A DNA stretch of 64,000 bases from Octopus vulgaris (Eukaryota): contig OX597832.1 in assembly GCA_951406725.2 (NCBI GenBank), forward strand, positions 71,672,001 through 71,736,000, given 5' to 3'. Shown in pieces: positions 12,620 through 31,251 of this stretch; the first letter of the stretch is position 1; each line of letters starts with the position of its first letter. Made by a program: the position numbers and the translations under genes. The notes beneath the pieces are model-generated. The model was not told the origin of the DNA, did no database searches, and saw nothing but the letters and a program-made list of their open reading frames with translations.

Positions 12620-12856
12620 GACTTTCAAATTTTGGTACAGGACCAAAAATTCTAGGTGAAGTGGGTTAGTCATTTCCATTGACTCCAAAACTTCACTGGT
12701 GCTTTATTTTATTGACCCCTGAGGGATAAAGAGTAAGGTTGACCTTGGTGGAATTTGAACTCAGAATGTGAATAGCCAGAAGCGATTTATGTTCTGAGTT
12801 CAAATGCTGCTAAGCATTATATCTGATGCTTCAATGATTCTGTCAATCCACTGCCC
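12620..12856 (-). mobile_element. Octopus tRNA-derived SINE (family A)
   Basis: gttgaccttggtggaatttgaactcagaa..gctgctaagcatt..ccactgcc. Confidence 0.75.
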
Positions 12857-12937
12857 TAATAATAATAATATTAATAATATGTAAACACTACAAAATCGAT
12901 CGTCCTGCTTACTGGTATGAATATCATCCTGAGCCAG

Positions 12938-14355
12938 AAATAAATATTAAATAATAAATAATAAATAATAAATAATAAAAATAATAATAATAATAATAGT
13001 AATATTAAATAATAAATAATAATAAAAATCATGATAAAAATAAAAATAACAATAAATATAAAAATAAAAATGAAAATAATAATAATAAAATAATAAAAAA
13101 TTTTTACAAATACTTAAAAAAAAATTAAAATTAAAATAATATTAAAAATTAAAATAATAAAAATTAAAATAAAAATAAAAATAAAAATAATAATAAAAAT
13201 AAAAATAATAAAAAAAAAAAATAATAATTTTTTAAAAAATAAATAAATATAAAAATAAAATATTTTTTTACCTTATGAGAAAAAAATAAAAAGAATAAAA
13301 AAACAATGAAAAATAAGAATAATAAAAAAATTAAAAAATAAAAAAATATTAAAAAAAAGAAAAAGAAAAAGAAATATGAAAATAAAAATAAAAATAATAG
13401 TAAAAATAAAAAAGAATTTAAAAAAATAATAATAGAAAAAATGAAAAAAAATAAATAAATAAATAAAAACTCAAAAAATAAAAAACGAAATAAATATAAA
13501 AATAAATATAAAAATAAAAATAAAATAAAATAAAAATTTAAAAAAATAAGAATAAAAATACACAAAAAATTTTTTTTAAATAAAAATAAATAAATAAAAG
13601 TAAGAATAAAAAAAATAAATAAAATAAAAAAACGATGAAAAATAAAAATAAAAATAAAAATAAGAATATAAATAAATATAAAAAATTAGAATAAAAATAA
13701 ATAAAATAAAAATAAGAATAAAAATAAAAATAGAAATAAAAATAAAAGTAAAAATTAAAATAAAAAATAAAAATAAATATGAAAATAAAAATAAAATTTT
13801 AAAAATAAAAAAATAAAAATAAAAATAACAATAACAAAAAATAAAATAAAATAAAATAAAAATGAAAAAGAAATATGAAAATGAAAATAAAAATAATAGT
13901 AAAAATAAAATTTAAAAAAATAGTAATAGATAACAAAAAATGAAAAAAAAATAATAAATATAAAAATAAAGATAAAAATAAAAATAAATATGAAAATAAA
14001 AATAAAAAAAATAAAAAAATTAAAAATAAAAATAAATAAATAAAAGTAAGAATAAAAAATAAATGTAAAAAATAAAATAAAAGATGAAAAAATTTTTTAA
14101 AAAATAAAGATGAAAATAAAAAAAAATAAAAATAAACATAAAAATAAAAGTAAAAATTAAAATTAAAATTAAAATTAAAATAAAAAATAAAAATAAAAAT
14201 GAAAATAAAAATTAAAATTAAAATTTAAAAAAATTAAAATAAAATAAAAGTAAAAATGAAAGAAAAAAATAATAATAAAATAAAAATAAAATAAAAATAA
14301 AATGAAAAAAAATTAAAATTAAATTAAAAATAAAAATTAAAATAAAATACAAAAA
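12938..14355 (+). repeat. A-rich low-complexity block, copy 1
   Basis: Almost pure A/T but with ordered landmarks (aatcatgataa, ttaccttatgag, aaacgaaat, aaacgatg, gtaatagataac) repeated at 15721-17570 and inverted at ~36090-37436. Confidence 0.9.
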
Positions 14356-14789
14356 CGCACTTTGACAAGTTTACTCTCATTCTTTATGTATCTGTCTTCC
14401 TCCTTCACTCACTCTCTTTCCTCCCTTCCCATCACTTTCTATATATAACGTCGTTTTACAGCGTCTACCTCCCTTCACCTTCTCTTTATAACGTCGTTTC
14501 ACAGCGTCCTATATCCCCCTCCTCGAATTCGACAGCGCTTTCACACTCTCTCCTTCTCTCTACGTCTGTCTGCATTCATAGAGAGAATTATCATCGCCAC
14601 CACCACCACAACACAATCATGAGAACAAATATTATGAATCATATATTTATTGAGTTAATTTATACATGTGTGTGTGTGTTCTATATATAAATATGTATAT
14701 ATAATTTATATATACAAAGTGTATATATCTGTATTTATGTATATTAAACTTTTTAATACCTTTTGATAGTTATATATATACTTTTTTAA

Positions 14790-15205
14790 ATTCTCTTTTT
14801 ACTCTTTTTACTTGTTTCAGTCATTTGACTGCGGCCATGCTGGAGCACCGCCTTTAGTCGAGCAACTCGACCCAGGGACTTATTCTTTGTAAGCCCAGTA
14901 CTTATTCTATCGGTCTCTTTTGCCGAACCGCTTAGTGACGGGGACGTAAACACACCAGCATCAGTTGTCAAGCAATGCTAGGGGAACAAACACAGACACA
15001 CAAACATATTCACACACACTTATATATATATATACATATATACGACAGGCTTCTTTCAGTTTCCGTCTACCAAATCCACTCACAAGGCATTGGTCGGCCC
15101 GGGGCTATAGGAGAAGACACTTGCCCAAGATGCCACGCAGTGGGACTGAACCCGGAACCATGTGGTTGGTTAGCAAGCTACTTACCAAACAGCCACTCCT
15201 GCGCC
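14790..15205 (-). mobile_element. Full-length octopus tRNA-derived SINE (family B, OK/OR-type)
   Basis: Head GGCGCAGGAGTGGCTGTTTGGTAAGTAGCTTGCT..GGTTCCGGGTTCAGTCCC (A/B boxes), central microsatellite, 3' half ..GGCGGTGCTCCAGCATGGCCGCAGTCAAATGACTGAAACAAG. Confidence 0.88.
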
Positions 15206-15346
15206 TATAAATATAAATTAGTAATAATTTTAATTTTAAATTTAAATAATTAAGTAGAAGTAAATAATAAATATTAATATAAAAAAGATGTTAAAAATAT
15301 TTAAAATATGATAAGATATACAGACAAAAATAATGAAAATAATATC

Positions 15347-18110
<2,764 letters not shown>

Positions 18111-19911
18111 TAATAAATAATAATAATAATAATAAATAATAATAATAATAATAATAATAAATAATAATAATAATAATAAATAATAAATAATAATAATAAG
18201 TAATAAATAAATAATAATGATAATAAATAATTAAAAAAAAATAATAATAATAATGAAAATAATAAATAATAATAATGATAAATATTAAATAAAAAATAAT
18301 AATAATAATAATAATATTAAACAAAAAATAATAAACAATAATAATAATAAATAATAAATAATAAATAACAAATAATAATTAATAAATAATAATAATAATG
18401 ATAATGAAAAATAAATAATATTAATAATATTAATAAATAATAAATAATATTAAAAAATAAATAATAAATAATAATAATAACAATAATAATAATGATATTA
18501 ATAAATAATAAATAATAATAAAAATTAAAATTAAAAAAGAATAAAAGTAAAACTAAAAATAATAAAAATAAAAACAATAATAAAAAAATAAAAATATTAA
18601 TAAAAATACAAATAAGAATTAAAATAATAATGAAAATAAAAATAAAAATTAAAATAAAATTTTGTTAAATTTTGTGATTTGATTGATCTCTTGGCAAAAT
18701 ATGTTGATAATAAAATTATATATATCCAAGAGATCACTCAAATCACAAACATTTTTAGAAAAAATAACATATAAATACTGCAATTAAGTCCTAAAGAACA
18801 ACAAATTTGTTCACTTTTTACTGCTTACTTGCAATATTTTGACACATTTTGTTTACTGAAAACTTTTGCAAAATGCGTCAAAATACTGCAAATAAGGCCT
18901 AAACAACAACAAATTTTATCACATTTTATGCTTATTTGCAATATTTTAATACATTTTGTTTTGTGAAAATTTTGAGATTTTGGTTTTGTTATATATCATT
19001 AACATATTAAGCCAAGAGATCACTCAAATCAAAAAATTTTTTAAAAACAAAATGTATCAAAATAATGCAATATTTATACATATTTTGTTTTCTGAAAATT
19101 TTTGCAAATCAGTCCTAAACAGCAACAAATTTCTATAATTTTTATGCTTATTTGCATTATTTTGATATATTTTGTTTAAAGAAAATTTTGTGATTCAAGT
19201 GATCTCTTGGCTAAATATGTTAATGATTGATATTAAGATTACATATGTGAACACTAAAATCTAAAAAATTTTCACAAAAACATATATTGCAAATAAGCAT
19301 CAATTGTAATTAAATTTGTTGTTTAGGACTTATTTGCAGTAGTTTGACACATTTTGCATATGTTGACAAATTTTGTTTTCTGAAAATCTTTGTGATTTGA
19401 ATGATCTCCTGGCTAAATATGTTAACAGATTAATAATATTATCATTATCACTAAAAGTTTTGAGTAAACAGAATGTGTCAAAATATTGCAAATAAGTCCT
19501 AAACAACAAATTTAATCACTTTATATGCTTATTTGCAATATTTTGATATATTTTGTATTCTGAAATTCTGTGATTGGAGTAATCTCTTGGAAAAATATGG
19601 TAACTGATTGATTATTCAATCCAAGAATATCAATCGAAGATTATAATATATCCAAAAGATCACTCAAACCACAAAATTTTCACAAAAAACAATTACGAAA
19701 ATTTTGAGATCACTCAAATCACAAAATTTTCACAAAAAACAATTACGTAAATATTGAGATAAACATACAAAATTATTAATATTTGCATTATTTTGACAAT
19801 TATTTGCATTATTTTGACAATTATTTTAAAATATTTTATTTTCTAAAAACTTTTGCAAAATGTGTCAAAATAGCCAAGGAATCACTTAAATCACAAAATG
19901 TATCAAGGTAA

Positions 19912-22900
19912 TGCAAAAAAGCATTAAATTTGAACAAATTTCTTGTTTCAGACATGAAATTTTGTAATTGGAGTGGTCACATGGATGAATATAGTCTTAT
20001 TATTACAATCAGTTAACCAGGAGATCACTCAAATGAGTTTTAAAGAAAAAACATGTATAAATATTTCAATTAAATATTTTTATTCTTATTTGCATTATTC
20101 TGATAAATTTTGTTAAAATAAAATTTGTGATGGAAGTTATGTCTTAGTTATGTTAACTGTTAATATCTTAAAATATTACAAGTAAGCAGTAAAATGTATA
20201 TCTCAAAATTTTCACACAAAAAATATTAATAATAAGCATAAAATGTGATTAAATTTCTTGGTGTTTAGATATTATTTGCAGTATTTTAACACATTTTGCA
20301 ATTAATTTAAGAAAAATTTTATTGCAAGCAATTAGAAATAAATAAATCAATTACCAAATTTAACCAGATCACTCGGATCAAATTATGTCAACATTTAAGT
20401 CCTAAACAAATTTGTTTACTTCTCACTGCTTACTTGCAATATTTTGAAATATTTTAAAAGTGTTTTGATAACAGGAGATCACTCAAATCACAAAAGTGTT
20501 CAGAAAACAAACTAAAGAACAACATATTTGTTCACTTCGAATATTTTAAAATATTTTATTTTCTAACAACTTTTGCAAAATGTGTTCAAATACTGGAACT
20601 GATTCCTAAACAACAAAAAGTTTAGTCACATTTTATACTTATTTGCAATTTCATAAATTTTGTTTTATGAAAATTCCGGGATTTTAAATATTTTTATTCT
20701 TATTTGCATTATTCTGATAAATTTTGTTTAAAGAAAATTTGTGATAAAAGTTATTTCTTAGCTAAAATATGTTAACTGATATATATATATAAATATGTAT
20801 AAATAAAGAAAATATTGCAAGTAAGCAGTGAGAATTAAACAAATCTCCTGAATCTAGTCTTATCATCAATCACTTAACAAGTTTTCACTTCTCACTGCTT
20901 ACATAAAATATTTCAACATATTGCAATTAGGCAGTAAAAAGTGAACAAATTTGTTGTTCTAAAGTACATATAGTTATCAAAATATGTCCTAATCAATTTT
21001 CTTCACTTTCTCTGCTTACTTGCAATATTCTGAAATATTTTAAGTGTTTATATAAAATATTTCAAAATATTGCATTGAAGCAGTAAAAAGGGAACAAATT
21101 TATTGTTCTAAAGAACATATATTTATCAAAATATGTCCTAAACAAATTTGTATCGCAAAATGTATCAAAATATTACTAATAACTATCAAATGCGATTAAA
21201 TTTGTTGTTTAGAACTTATTTGCAGTATTTTCACACATTTCACAGTATTTTCACACAATTATACAAAAGAAAATATTGTAAGCAGTGAGAAGTAAACAAA
21301 TTTCTTGAATCTCATTTTATCATCAATCAGTTCACAAATTTAACCATATCACTCAGATCAAAATATGTCCACAAATTGCAGTTAAATCGTAAAAAATTTT
21401 TCACTTCTCACTGCTTAGATAAAATATTTAAAGATATTGCAATTCAGCAGTAAAAAGTGAACAAATTTATTGTTCTGAAGAACAAAATATGTCCTAAACA
21501 AATTTCTTCAGTTCTCACTGCTTACTTGCAATATTTTTAAATATTTTAAGTGTTTAGATAACATGTTTAGCCAGGAGATCACTCAAATCACAAAGGTTTT
21601 CAGAAAACAAACTAAAGAACAACATATTTGTTCACTTCAAATGCTTTAAAATATTATACTTTCTAAAAACTTTTGTATAAATAAATTTGTTCATTTTACT
21701 GCTGAATTGCAATATCTTTAAATAATAATAAAAAATAAATAATAAATAATAATAATAACAATAATAATAATGATATTAATAAATAATAAATAATAATAAA
21801 AATTAAAATTAAAAAAGAATAAAAGTAAAAATAAAAATAATAAAAATAAAAATAATAATAAAAAAAAATAATAAAAATATTAATAAAAATACAAATAAGA
21901 ATTAAAATAATAATGAAAATAAAAATAAAAATCAAAATAAAATTTTGTTAAATTTTGTGATTTGATTGATCTCTTGGCAAAATATGTTGATAATAAAATT
22001 ATATATATCCAAGAGATCACTCAAATCACAAACATTTTTAGAAAAAATAACATATAAATACTGCAATTAAGTCCTAAAGAACAACAAATTTGTTCACTTT
22101 TTACTGCTTACTTGCAATATTTTGACACATTTTGTTTACTGAAAACTTTTCAAAATGCAAAAAAGCATTAAATTTGACAAATTTCTTGTTTCAGATATGA
22201 AATTTTGTAATTGGAGTGGTCACATATAGTCTTATTATTACAATCAGTTAACCAGGAGATCACTCAAATGACAAGAACTTTTAAAGAAAAAGATATGTAT
22301 AAATATTTCAGTTAAATATTATTATTCTTATTTTGTTAAAATAAAATTTGTGATGGAAGTTATGTCTTAGTTATGTTAACTGTTAATATCTTAAAATATT
22401 ACAAGTAAGCAGTAAAATGTATATCTCAAAATTTTCACACAAAAAAATATTAATAATAAGCATAAAATGTGATTAAATTTCTTGGTGTTTAGATATTATT
22501 TGCAGTATTTTAACACATTTTGCAATTAATTTAAGAAAAATTTTATTGCAAGCAATTAGAAATAAATAAATCAATTACCAAATTTAACCAGATCACTCGG
22601 ATCAAATTATGTCAACATTTAAGTCCTAAACAAATTTGTTTACTTCTCACTGCTTACTTGCAATATTTTGAAATATTAGAAATAAACAAATTAGTTACCA
22701 AATTTAACCAGATCACTTGGATCAAATTATGTCAACATTTAAGTCCTAAACAAATTTGTTCACTTCTCACTGCTTACTTGCAATATTTTGAAATATTTTA
22801 AAAGTGTTTTGATAACAGGAGATCACTCAAATCACAAAAGTGTTCAGAAAACAAACTAAAGCAACATATTTGTTCACTTCGAATATTTTAAAATATTTTA

Positions 22901-25900
22901 TTTTCTAACAACTTTTGCAAAATGTGTTCAAATACTGGAACTGATTCCTAAACAACAAAAAGTTTAGTCACATTTTATACTTATTTGCAATTTCATAAAT
23001 TTTGTTTTATGAAAATTCCGGGATTTTAAATATTTTTATTCTTATTTGCATTATTCTGATAAATTTTGTTTAAAGAAAATTTGTGATAAAAGTTATTTCT
23101 TAGCTAAAATATGTTAACTGATATATATATATAAATATGTATAAATAAAGAAAATATTGCAAGTAAGCAGTGAGAATTAAACAAATCTCCTGAATCTAGT
23201 CTTATCATCAATCACTTAACAAGTTTTCACTTCTCACTGCTTACATAAAATATTTCAACATATTGCAATTAGGCAGTAAAAAGTGAACAAATTTGTTGTT
23301 CTAAAGTACATATAGTTATCAAAATATGTCCTAATCAATTTTCTTCACTTCTCTCTGCTTACTTGCAATATTCTGAAATATTTTAAGTGTTTATATAAAA
23401 TATTTCAAAATATTGCATTGAAGCAGTAAAAAGGGAACAAATTTATTGTTCTAAAGAACATATATTTATCAAAATATGTCCTAAACAAATTTATATCGCA
23501 AAATGTATCAAAATATTACTAATAACTATCAAATGCGATTAAATTTGTTGTTTAGAACTTATTTGCAGTATTTTCACACATTTCACAGTATTTTCACACA
23601 ATTATACAAAAGAAAATATTGTAAGCAGTGAGAAGTAAACAAATTTCTTGAATCTCATTTTATCATCAATCAGTTCACAAATTTAACCATATCACTCAGA
23701 TCAAAATATGTCCACAAATTGCAGTTAAATCGTAAAAAATTTTTCACTTCTCACTGCTTAGATAAAATATTTAAAGATATTGCAATTCAGCAGTAAAAAG
23801 TGAACAAATTTATTGTTCTGAAGAACAAAATATGTCCTAAACAAATTTCTTCAGTTCTCACTGCTTACTTGCAATATTTTTAAATATTTTAAGTGTTTAG
23901 ATAACATGTTTAGCCAGGAGATCACTCAAATCACAAAGGTTCAGTTCAAATGCTTTAAAATATTATACTTTCTAAAAACTTTTGTATAAATAAATTTGTT
24001 CATTTTACTGCTGAATTGCAATATCTTTAAATAATAATAAAAAATAAATAATAAATAATAATAATAACAATAATAATAATGATATTAATAAATAATAAAT
24101 AATAATAAAAATTAAAATTAAAAAAGAATAAAAGTAAAAATAAAAATAATAAAAATAAAAATAATAATAAAAAAATAATAATAAAAATATTAATAAAAAT
24201 ACAAATAAGAATTAAAATAATAATGAAAATAAAAATAAAAATCAAAATAAAATTTTGTTAAATTTTGTGATTTGATTGATCTTTTGGCAAAATATGTTGA
24301 TAATAAAATTATATATATCCAAGAGATCACTCAAATCACAAACATTTTTAGAAAAAATAACATATAAATACTGCAATTAAGTCCTAAAGAACAACAAATT
24401 TGTTCACTTTTTACTGCTTACTTGCAATATTTTGACACATTTTGTTTACTGAAAACTTTTCAAAATGCAAAAAAGCATTAAATTTGAACAAATTTCTTGT
24501 TTCAGATATGAAATTTTGTAATTGGAGTGGTCACATATAGTCTTATTATTACAATCAGTTAACCAGGAGATCACTCAAATGACAAGAACTTTTAAAGAAA
24601 AAGATATGTATAAATATTTCAATTAAATATTATTATTCTTATTTTGTTAAAATAAAATTTGTGATGGAAGTTATGTCTTAGTTATGTTAACTGTTAATAT
24701 CTTAAAATATTACAAGTAAGCAGTAAAATGTATATCTCAAAATTTTCACACAAAAAAATATTAATAATAAGCATAAAATGTGATTAAATTTCTTGGTGTT
24801 TAGATATTATTTGCAGTATTTTAACACATTTTGCAATTAATTTAAGAAAAATTTTATTGCAAGCAATTAGAAATAAATAAATCAATTACCAAATTTAACC
24901 AGATCACTCGGATCAAATTATGTCAACATTTAAGTCCTAAACAAATTTGTTCACTTCTCACTGCCTACTTGCAATATTTTGAAATATTTTAAAAGTGTTT
25001 TGATAACAGGAGATCACTCAAATCACAAAAGTGTTCAGAAAACAAACTAAAGAACAACATATTTGTTCACTTCGAATATTTTAAAATATTTTATTTTCTA
25101 ACAACTTTTGCAAAATGTGTTCAAATACTGGAACTGATTCCTAAACAACAAAAAGTTTAGTCACATTTTATACTTATTTGCAATTTCATAAATTTTGTTT
25201 TATGAAAATTCCGGGATTTTAAATATTTTTATTCTTATTTGCATTATTCTGATAAATTTTGTTTAAAGAAAATTTGTGATAAAAGTTATTTCTTAGCTAA
25301 AATATGTTAACTGATATATATATATAAATATGTATAAATAAAGAAAATATTGCAAGTAAGCAGTGAGAATTAAACAAATCTCCTGAATCTAGTCTTATCA
25401 TCAATCACTTAACAAGTTTTCACTTCTCACTGCTTACATAAAATATTTCAACATATTGCAATTAGGCAGTAAAAAGTGAACAAATTTGTTGTTCTAAAGT
25501 ACATATAGTTATCAAAATATGTCCTAATCAATTTTCTTCACTTCTCTCTGCTTACTTGCAATATTCTGAAATATTTTAAGTGTTTATATAAAATATTTCA
25601 AAATATTGCATTGAAGCAGTAAAAAGGGAACAAATTTATTGTTCTAAAGAACATATATTTATCAAAATATGTCCTAAACAAATTTGTATCGCAAAATGTA
25701 TCAAAATATTACTAATAACTATCAAATGCGATTAAATTTGTTGTTTAGAACTTATTTGCAGTATTTTCACACATTTCACAGTATTTTCACACAATTATAC
25801 AAAAGAAAATATTGTAAGCAGTGAGAAGTAAACAAATTTCTTGAATCTCATTTTATCATCAATCAGTTCACAAATTTAACCATATCACTCAGATCAAAAT

Positions 25901-27530
25901 ATGTCCACAAATTGCAGTTAAATCGTAAAAAATTTTTCACTTCTCACTGCTTAGATAAAATATTTAAAGATATTGCAATTCAGCAGTAAAAAGTGAACAA
26001 ATTTATTGTTCTGAAGAACAAAATATGTCCTAAACAAATTTCTTCAGTTCTCACTGCTTACTTGCAATATTTTTAAATATTTTAAGTGTTTAGATAACAT
26101 GTTTAGCCAGGAGATCACTCAAATCACAAAGGTTTTCAGAAAACAAACTAAAGAACAACATATTTGTTCACTTCAAATGCTTTAAAATATTATACTTTCT
26201 AAAAACTTTTGTATAAATAAATTTGTTCATTTTACTGCTGAATTGCAATATCTTTAAATAATAATAAAAAATAAATAATAAATAATAATAATAACAATAA
26301 TAATAATGATATTAATAAATAATAAATAATAATAAAAATTAAAATTAAAAAAGAATAAAAGTAAAAATAAAAATAATAAAAATAATAATAAAAAAATAAT
26401 AATAAAAATATTAATAAAAATACAAATAAGAATTAAAATAATAATGAAAATAAAAATAAAAATCAAAATAAAATTTTGTTAAATTTTGTGATTTGATTGA
26501 TCTCTTGGCAAAATATGTTGATAATAAAATTATATATATCCAAGAGATCACTCAAATCACAAACATTTTTAGAAAAAATAACATATAAATACTGCAATTA
26601 AGTCCTAAAGAACAACAAATTTGTTCACTTTTTACTGCTTACTTGCAATATTTTGACACATTTTGTTTACTGAAAACTTTTCAAAATGCAAAAAAGCATT
26701 AAATTTGAACAAATTTCTTGTTTCAGATATTAAATTTTGTAATTGGAGTGGTCACATATAGTCTTATTATTACAATCAGTTAACCAGGAGATCACTCAAA
26801 TGACAAGAAATTTTAAAGAAAAAGATATGTATAAATATTTCAATTAAATATTATTATTCTTATTTTGTTAAAATAAAATTTGTGATGGAAGTTATGTCTT
26901 AGTTATGTTAACTGTTAATATCTTAAAATATTACAAGTAAGCAGTAAAATGTATATCTCAAAATTTTCACATCAAAATATTTATAATAAGCATAAAATGT
27001 GATTAAATTTCTTGGTGTTTAGATATTAGTTGCAGTATTTTAACACATTTTGCAATTAATTTAAGAAAAATTTTATTGCAAGCAATTAGAAATAAACAAA
27101 TCAGTTACCAAATTTAACCAGATCACTTGGATCAAATTATGTCAACAAACAAATTTGTTCACTTCTCACTGCTTACTTGCAATATTTTGAAATATTTTAA
27201 AAGTGTTTTGATAACAGGAGATCACTCAAATCACAAAAGTGTTCAGAAAACAAACTAAAGAACAACATATTTGTTCACTTCGAATATTTTTAAATATTTT
27301 ATTTTCTAACAACTTTCGCAAAATGTGTCCAAATACTGGAACTGATTCCTAAACAACAAAAAGTTTAGTCACATTTTATACTTATTTGCAATTTCAAAAA
27401 TTTTGTTTTATGAAAATTCCGGGATTTTAAATATTTTTATTCTTATTTGCATTATTCTGATAAATTTTCTTTAAAGAAAATTTGTAATAAAAGTTATTTC
27501 TTAGCTAAAATATGTTAACTGATATATATA
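19912..27530 (+). repeat. Higher-order tandem repeat, ~2.2-2.3-kb unit, ~3.4 copies
   Basis: Anchor aaattttgttaaattttgtgatttgattgatc at 18657, 21940, 24250, 26471; marker gaaaattccgggatttt recurs four times. Confidence 0.92.
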
Positions 27531-30500
27531 TATATTATATATATCTCAAAATATTCACAAACAAAATGCATCAAAATATTACTGAGAAGCATAAAATGAT
27601 ATTAAATTTGTTGGTGTTTAGAACTTATTTCCAGTATTTTGACACATTTTGACACATTATTTTAGAAAAGAAAATATTGCAATTAAGCAGTGACAAATCT
27701 CTTGAATCTAGTCTTACAATCAATCAGTTAACAAATTTAACCAGATCACTCAGATCAAATCATGTCAACATATAACAGTTAAGTCCTAAACAAATTTGTT
27801 CACTTCTCACTGCTTACTTGCAATACTTTAAAGTATTTAAAAAGTGTTTATATAAAATATTTCAATATTTGCAAGTAAGCAGTTAGAAGTGAACAAATTT
27901 GTTCTAATGAACAAATATTTATCAAAATATGTCTAAAAGAAATATGTTTCACAAAATAATGTGATTCAAAATTTTACAAAATAAAATATTGCAAAATCAC
28001 AAAATTTTCTTAAAACAAAATTTGTCAAATTAATGCAAAGAAGCATAAAAATTGAACAAATTTTTTGTTTCGGACTTATGAAAGTTTGTGATTAAAGTAA
28101 TCGCATACATAAATATCGTCAAAAAACCATGAGATCACTCAAATCACAAAAACTTTCAGAAAACAAAATATGTATAAATATTGCATTTAAATATTTTGAT
28201 TTTTATTTGCATTATTCTGATAAATTAGTTTTATAAAAAATTGGTTATATAACTTATCTCTTAGCTAAATATGTTAACTGATCTTATATTGTATATATCT
28301 AAAAATTTTGACAAACGAAATGTATCAAAATATTACTAATAAGCATAAATTATGATTAAATTTGTTGTTTAGAACTTATTTGCAGTATTTTAACACATTT
28401 TAACACATTTAAATTTGTTGTTGTTTAGAACTTTTAGAACACATTTAAATTTGTTGTTTAGAACTTTTTTGCATTATTTTGACACATTTTGCATTATTTT
28501 GCATTATTTTGACACATTTTACAAAAGAAAATATTGCAAGTAAGCAGTGAGAATTAAACAAATCTCCTGAATCTAGTCTTATCATCAATCACTTAACAAG
28601 TTTTGCCTGATCACCCAGATCAAAATATTATTTTATGCTTATTTGCAAATTTTTCACTTCTCACTGCTTACATAAAATATTTCAACATATTGCAATTAGG
28701 CAGTAAAAAGTGAACAAATTAGTTATCAAAATATGTCCTAATCAATTTTCTTCACTTCTCTCTGCTTGCAATATTTTGAAATATTTTAAAAGTGTTTATA
28801 TAAAATATTTCAAAATATTGCATTGAAGCAGTAAAAAGGGAAAAATTTATTGTTCTGAAAAACATATTTTTATCATAATATGTCCTAAACAAATTATTTG
28901 TTTCGGACTTATGAAAGTTTGTGATTAAAGTAATCGCATACATAAATATCGTGTTATTACCACAGTCAAAAAACCAGATCACTCAAATCACTTCAAAGTG
29001 AACAAATATGTTGTTCTTTAGTTTGTTTTCTGAAAACCTTTGACTGATCTCCTGTCTAAACATATTATCTAAACACTTAAAATATTTAAAAATATTGCAA
29101 GTAAGCAGTGAGAACTGAAGAAATTTGTTTAGGACATATTTTGTTCTTCAGAACAATAAATTTGTTCACTTTTTACTGCTGAATTGCAATATCTTTAAAT
29201 ATTTTATCTAATCAGTGAGAAGTAAAAAATTTGTTTACGATTTAACTACAATTTGTGGACACATTTTGATCTGAGTGATATGGTTAAATTTGTGAACTGA
29301 TTGATGAAAAAATTAGATTCAAGAAATTTGTTTACTTCTCAGTGCTTACAATATTTTCTTTTGTATAATTGTGTGAAAATTCTGCTTTAAAATATTATAC
29401 TTTGTAAAAACTTTTGCAAAATATGTCCAAATACTGCAACTGTCCTTAACAACAAAAACTTTAATACCATTTTATGCTTATTTCCAATCTCATAAATTTT
29501 ATTTTTGAATAATCTGGGATTTTAGTGTTCTGTTGGATGTTAATAATTTACATATGTAGCCAAGAGATTACTTAAATCATAAAATTTTCTTAAAACAAAA
29601 TGTGTTGACTTTTTACTGCTTAATTGCAATATATTGAAATATTTTATCTAAGCAGTGAGAAGTGAAAAATTTGCTTAGGACATATTTTGATCAAATTGAT
29701 CTGGTGAAATTTGTTAACTGAAAGTTTTTGTGATTTGAGTGATCTCCTGGATAACTGACGATATTTATCCATGTCATCACTCCAAACCCAAAATGTAAAT
29801 TATTAACAAGATCCAAAATATAAATTATTAACAGAACACTAAAATCCCAGATTTTTCACAAAACAAAATTTATCAGATAAGCATAAAATAATATTTTGAT
29901 TTGAGTGATCTGGTTAAATTTGTTAACTGATTGATGAGAAGACTAGATTCAAGAGATTTGTTTAATTCTTACTGCTTACTTGCAATATTTTCTTTTGTAA
30001 AATTTATTGCAAAATGTGTCAAAATAATGAAAAAAAGTTCTAAACAACAACAAATTTTATCACATTTTATGCTTATTAGTAATATTTTGATGCATTTTGT
30101 TTTTGAAAATTTTTAGATATGTGTAATATATTATTAGTTAACATATTTAGCTAAGAGATAACTTATATCACAATTCTCTTTAAACAAAATTTATCAGAAT
30201 AATGCAAAGAAGAATAAAAATATTTAATTGCAATATTTAAACATATTTTGTTCTCTGAAAGTTTTTGTGATTTGACTGACTGTGGTAATCAGACGATATT
30301 TATCGCTGCGATTACTCCAACTTTCATAAGTCCGAAACAAGAAATTTTTATGCTTCTTTGACAAATTTTGCAATATTTTATTTTGTAAAATTTATTGCAA
30401 AATGTGTCTAAATACTGCAAATAAGTTCTAAACAACAAATTTTATCATATTTGATAGTTTAATCTTATTTGCAGTATTTTAGTTCTATTGCATGTTAATA

Positions 30501-31251
30501 ATTTACATAATGTAGCCAAGAGATCACTTAAATCACAAAATTTTATTAAAACAAAATGTGTCAAATTAATGCAAAGAAGCATAAAAATTGAACAAATTTC
30601 TTGTTTTGGACTCATGAAATTTTGAGTGGAGTGATCGCATGGATAAATATCGTCTTATTACTACAGTCAGTTTACCAGGAGATCACTCAAATCACAAAAA
30701 CTTTCAGAGAAAATAAACTGAAACACATTTTATTTTCTAAAAACTTTCAGAGAAAATAAACTGAACAACATTTTATTTTCTAAAAACTTTTGCAAAATAT
30801 GTCCAAATACTGCAACCAAGTCCTAAACAACAAAAAGTTTAGTCACAATATGTAGGAAAGTTAGTCATGTCAATTGAGATGCAGGAAGCGCTACAGTGGA
30901 GGCGCATTTTGAGACGGCCGAAGCAAGGCAAATTTCGATGCAAACGTTGAAAAACGAGAATTAAATACTGCTACCCTCATATTTAGGATGCATAACAGAA
31001 AAAGTGACCCCTAGAAAATATACCAACGGGCTACGACTTGATGTGGGCGGCAACAGCGGTCATTTTGATGTTGACAACATACGGGTTTTGGTGGAAAGAC
31101 GCAGGCCCATATGTTTTTTCGCTCCGATTCTACAAAAAAAATTTAACGGGCAACGCCCCCCCCTCCATCCCCACACACCGCTGCGAAGAACGCAGTAAGC
31201 AGCTAAGTGGAAAACAAAGTAACAAATATGGAATTCAAGAACAAATTTATA

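Noticed and set aside
15130-15205. tRNA gene
   Set aside because: tRNA-like A/B boxes are the head of a SINE continuing into SINE body; no clean cloverleaf or terminator.
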